Assembly: GCA_964561965.1 (NCBI GenBank)
Contig: CAZLQY010000002.1
Span: 50,421-114,420, forward strand
Direction of reading: 5' to 3'
Source of the DNA: an uncultured Verrucomicrobiales bacterium
Lineage (GTDB): Bacteria; Verrucomicrobiota; Verrucomicrobiia; Verrucomicrobiales; Akkermansiaceae
DNA length: 64,000 nucleotides
In this document: positions 61,299 to 64,000 of the stretch, piece after piece
Numbering within the stretch: the first letter of the stretch is position 1
Layout: every line of letters starts with the position of its first letter
The notes under the pieces: generated by a model
What the model was told of the DNA's origin: nothing
The model's database searches: none
What the model saw: the letters and a program-made list of their open reading frames with translations, nothing else
Position numbers and translations under genes: made by a program

Positions 61299-62681
61299 TT
61301 AACTGCCGGAGGGTAGCCGGCTCTTTATCGACTGATAAATTGGTCTACCAGAAATTCGGCGTTGGAAGAGAAATATGGCAACAATCATGAAGAGGATGTT
61401 CGTAGCCCAGGCAGCTAGAATAGGAGACAGGTGGCCAGACTCTCCTAACGTAGGAAAAACCGTGGAGCAAAATAACATCCCAGCACATAGGAAAATGGCG
61501 ACTGCGACTCCCCCTCCAAGACCTCTACGAGTAAATACAATGCCAAGTGGAGCTGCTATAAGGATCGTAATAAGGCAGATCATCGGCTGAGCATAGCGGT
61601 AGTGAATTTGGGTAATATAAGCGAGTTTGTTCGAAAGTGGATGGTCTCGATGGTTTTTGAGCCAACTTTGAAGACCTGGAACACCTAAGTAAGATGCTTG
61701 CAAGCCTGGTTTAATCAACTGCCATGGAGTCTCAGCCCAATCATGTACCAATGTGTCCTGCTTCGTCACAACAGGTATTTTTTGGAGCGCTGAGAGTCTT
61801 CGCCCAACAGACCTCTGATTGTGGTGGTATATTACGGCATCATAAAACGTCCATTCTTTCGTTTGAATATCCCACTGCGCCCTTTTCGCAAAAAGTCTCT
61901 GTGTAATCGCCCCTTCCGCATCAAAACTTGTAACTGTGACAGATTGTAATTGTCCATTTTTAGTAAAACGTGAAGGAAACTCTCCAACAGTCCATTGGCG
62001 TTTATCATCTATGGTTTGGTAGAGGACGTTTCTCGGGCGATGGCCTTTGTTTTCTTTCTGAGCATTGTCAAAGACAGCATCCCTCAACTCTTCCGCATGA
62101 GGAGCCCAGTGGTAGTTGAGAATCATACAAAATAGAGAGCATAGAAAACCAAAGAAAATAACAGGAGACGTTATTCTAGTGATACTCCGCCCAGTCTGAA
62201 TCATAGAGACAATTTCTTGCGCCCGAGACATCTTACCCAGACACCACAGCAGCCCTAGCATAAGAGCGTATGGTAGTATAAAGACAATCGTAGCTGGTGA
62301 TTGTACTATATAATACTGCAACGCAGTCTTCATAGGAGCATAGCTCTCTTGGAATTTATTGAAGTTGTTTTGAAAATCCAACAACAACATGAGGGAAAAA
62401 ATAGAGCTAAAGCATAAACAAAAGGACCCTAAAAAGAGAGAGCTGATATAGCGATCCAATGTCGAGGATAATGAGAAGACTATAGCGCCAAGAGCAGGAA
62501 GAAAACAGGCTATTCCAATCAGCCAAGGGCGCAGGATATGTGATTGTCTATCTGAATTAGGAAAGCCGACTAATTGTTCATTCACAGATGAAATTTCATT
62601 GGGAACTAACCAAGCACAAAATATTCCTCCTATAAGTAAATAGAGGAAAGGCCAGAAGATTAGGCGCAGATTCGTGGACAT
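61299..62681 (-). CDS. LptF/LptG (YjgP/YjgQ) family permease with an N-terminal extension
   Basis: LDRYISSLFLGSF motif at about residue 75 (normally near residue 5). TM helices flank a central soluble domain, with three C-terminal TM helices. 460 aa. Confidence 0.7.
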   Translation of the reverse strand: MSTNLRLIFWPFLYLLIGGIFCAWLVPNEISSVNEQLVGFPNSDRQSHILRPWLIGIACFLPALGAIVFSLSSTLDRYISSLFLGSFCLCFSSIFSLMLLLDFQNNFNKFQESYAPMKTALQYYIVQSPATIVFILPYALMLGLLWCLGKMSRAQEIVSMIQTGRSITRITSPVIFFGFLCSLFCMILNYHWAPHAEELRDAVFDNAQKENKGHRPRNVLYQTIDDKRQWTVGEFPSRFTKNGQLQSVTVTSFDAEGAITQRLFAKRAQWDIQTKEWTFYDAVIYHHNQRSVGRRLSALQKIPVVTKQDTLVHDWAETPWQLIKPGLQASYLGVPGLQSWLKNHRDHPLSNKLAYITQIHYRYAQPMICLITILIAAPLGIVFTRRGLGGGVAVAIFLCAGMLFCSTVFPTLGESGHLSPILAAWATNILFMIVAIFLFQRRISGRPIYQSIKSRLPSGS

Positions 62682-62832
62682 GTGCTGAGTATTAAGAGAA
62701 ATAACGTCAGGAAAAAGAAAAATAAAGACATCTTAGATTCTCTCTTGCAAAATGTGGCGAACCATAAAAAGAAAATCACTACAAAAATCATTCGGGAAAA
62801 ATCGTGATCGCTTATCCGTCATAGAACCGTCA

Positions 62833-63708
62833 CTAACCCTGAATCATTTTTACGGGAGGTTTCGCCGTTCTAGGGCCATGCAATCTTTTTGGAGGTGGTG
62901 GCATATGCTGAAGAGCCTCATCAAGGCTTTGATATCGATGTTGAGGGTCCGGCATTATGAATCGTTTATGCCACTGGAGAAAATCTTCTGGGAGATCAGA
63001 GCGGTAACCAGAGAGAGGTGGAATTTCACCCACTTTATGCTTTGCATAAGCAGTTGGTAAATCAAGCTCACTAAGAGGATGCCCCCCTGCCAACAACCAA
63101 TAGCTTAAATGACCTAATAGATAAATGGTCGATACAGAACCTTTTGCATGACCTTCATAAAGTTCTGGCGCGATGAGTGCAGGATCTAATGAGTGCGTAT
63201 GTTTCACAGTTTTACCTTCCAATAAGGGTATAAGCTGACTGTGCCCAAGATCCGTCACAATATGATTATACCCACCAGTGGGCTTTACTTGTGCTGTCAC
63301 AGAATTTGCACTCATAGCATAAAAATAGAATCCCTGTGACATCACATCATTCAATGTCATTAAGAGCTGCCTAAGAAGCTGATAAGCATGGATGAGGGAA
63401 ATACCTCTGGGGTCTTCAGAAAGAAAATCTGAGGCACTTTTACCAGAAAGAATAGGGCTTACGACATACGGCCCATGATTGTCATCAATCCCAGCATCTA
63501 TAATCGATAATACACCTGTATGGTTAATGCGAGAAAGCTCTCCTATGAGTTGAAAAAATTTATCGGAATAGAAGGCTTTATCCACCCCTTTTGAGACATT
63601 AAAGCAACGAAGGGCTACTTTCCTTTCGAGCATCTTATCGAGTGCTTCATAGACACTTCCAGCACGGCCTGAGCCTAGCCTTTTAATGATTTCATAGCGA
63701 TCCCTCAT
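62833..63708 (-). CDS. Ser/Thr protein-kinase-fold protein, predicted catalytically inactive (pseudokinase)
   Basis: Gly-loop LGSGRAGSVY, VALR in place of VAIK (Arg34 = CGT at 63609-63607), no HRD / D-x-K-x-x-N catalytic loop (GFYFYAMSANSV), DLG for DFG. APE and the C-lobe Arg (HRYQSLDEAL) are retained. Confidence 0.7.
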   Translation of the reverse strand: MRDRYEIIKRLGSGRAGSVYEALDKMLERKVALRCFNVSKGVDKAFYSDKFFQLIGELSRINHTGVLSIIDAGIDDNHGPYVVSPILSGKSASDFLSEDPRGISLIHAYQLLRQLLMTLNDVMSQGFYFYAMSANSVTAQVKPTGGYNHIVTDLGHSQLIPLLEGKTVKHTHSLDPALIAPELYEGHAKGSVSTIYLLGHLSYWLLAGGHPLSELDLPTAYAKHKVGEIPPLSGYRSDLPEDFLQWHKRFIMPDPQHRYQSLDEALQHMPPPPKRLHGPRTAKPPVKMIQG

Positions 63709-63869
63709 AAACGTTAAGAAAGCGTTCTGGAAAGATCACTAAAGAGCAAGATAAATATGATGGTTACTTGTACCAGAAAAAAGCCCCCTTTCATAAGGCG
63801 GAAAAACGATGGGTATAGCTCAACATGATATAGTTCAATAATATATGACTCAATGAAACACAAACCCTT

Positions 63870-64000
63870 CTAAACAGCTGCTCTCAGTAAAGCAACCATA
63901 ACGCCTTGGATAATAAGCTCACGTGCCGGCATAAGATCGGGGAATTGATCGTTCTCTGCTTGTAAAAACGGCTTACCTTCTTCAATAACATAGGTTTTCA
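63870..64000 (-). CDS. C-terminal 43 codons of an unidentified protein (gene continues beyond the window end)
   Basis: My minus-strand translation gives ...KTYVIEEGKPFLQAENDQFPDLMPARELIIQGVMVALLRAAV, then TAG (63872-63870). Open to the window edge. Product not recognisable. Confidence 0.35.
   Translation of the reverse strand, partial: KTYVIEEGKPFLQAENDQFPDLMPARELIIQGVMVALLRAAV

Overview
This is a dense, mostly housekeeping stretch of bacterial chromosome. It holds about 60 protein genes and one tRNA. I saw no rRNA, CRISPR array, transposase, integrase or phage genes. The gene content suggests a PVC-superphylum (Verrucomicrobiota-like) organism, but that is inference only. The clues are a PEP-CTERM-tailed secreted protein, a stand-alone prepilin-type methylation-motif protein, an ABC-2/GldG/DUF4340 trio, several proline-rich lipoproteins, and frequent GTG/TTG starts with short gene overlaps. 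Core genes I recognise: hrpB (partial), an LMW-PTP, ribF, pta, lpxD, a TlpA-like oxidoreductase, yraN, rbfA-infB-nusA, a Fur-family regulator, tkt, skp, panC-nadB-selA, leuS, tRNA-Asp(GTC), trxB, a PpiD-like chaperone, metG, a HIT protein, an amidase_2, LysM proteins, sufS, ilvD, mreBCD-mrdA-rng, truB-nrnA, trpC, a thioredoxin-fold protein and an LptF/G-family permease. The one clearly accessory module is a three-gene SMC-type operon at 13169-18770. Its gene sizes, order and ATPase motifs match Wadjet jetA-jetB-jetC (MksF/E/B-like). There is no room for, and no trace of, the JetD/MksG Toprim nuclease in this window. The operon lies tail to tail with an unusual LOG/PpnN-family protein that has a pentapeptide-like N-terminal region. 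Other items worth a second look: an intrinsic terminator and a 460-nt ORF-free leader where rimP would normally precede nusA; a ~180-nt tract of about 18% GC with two sets of direct repeats upstream of a LysM gene; a kinase-fold protein lacking the catalytic Lys and the HRD motif; a solitary selA inside a panC-nadB operon; and an ABC-2/GldG/DUF4340 set with no ATPase. All family assignments come from reading motifs by eye. No database search was run.
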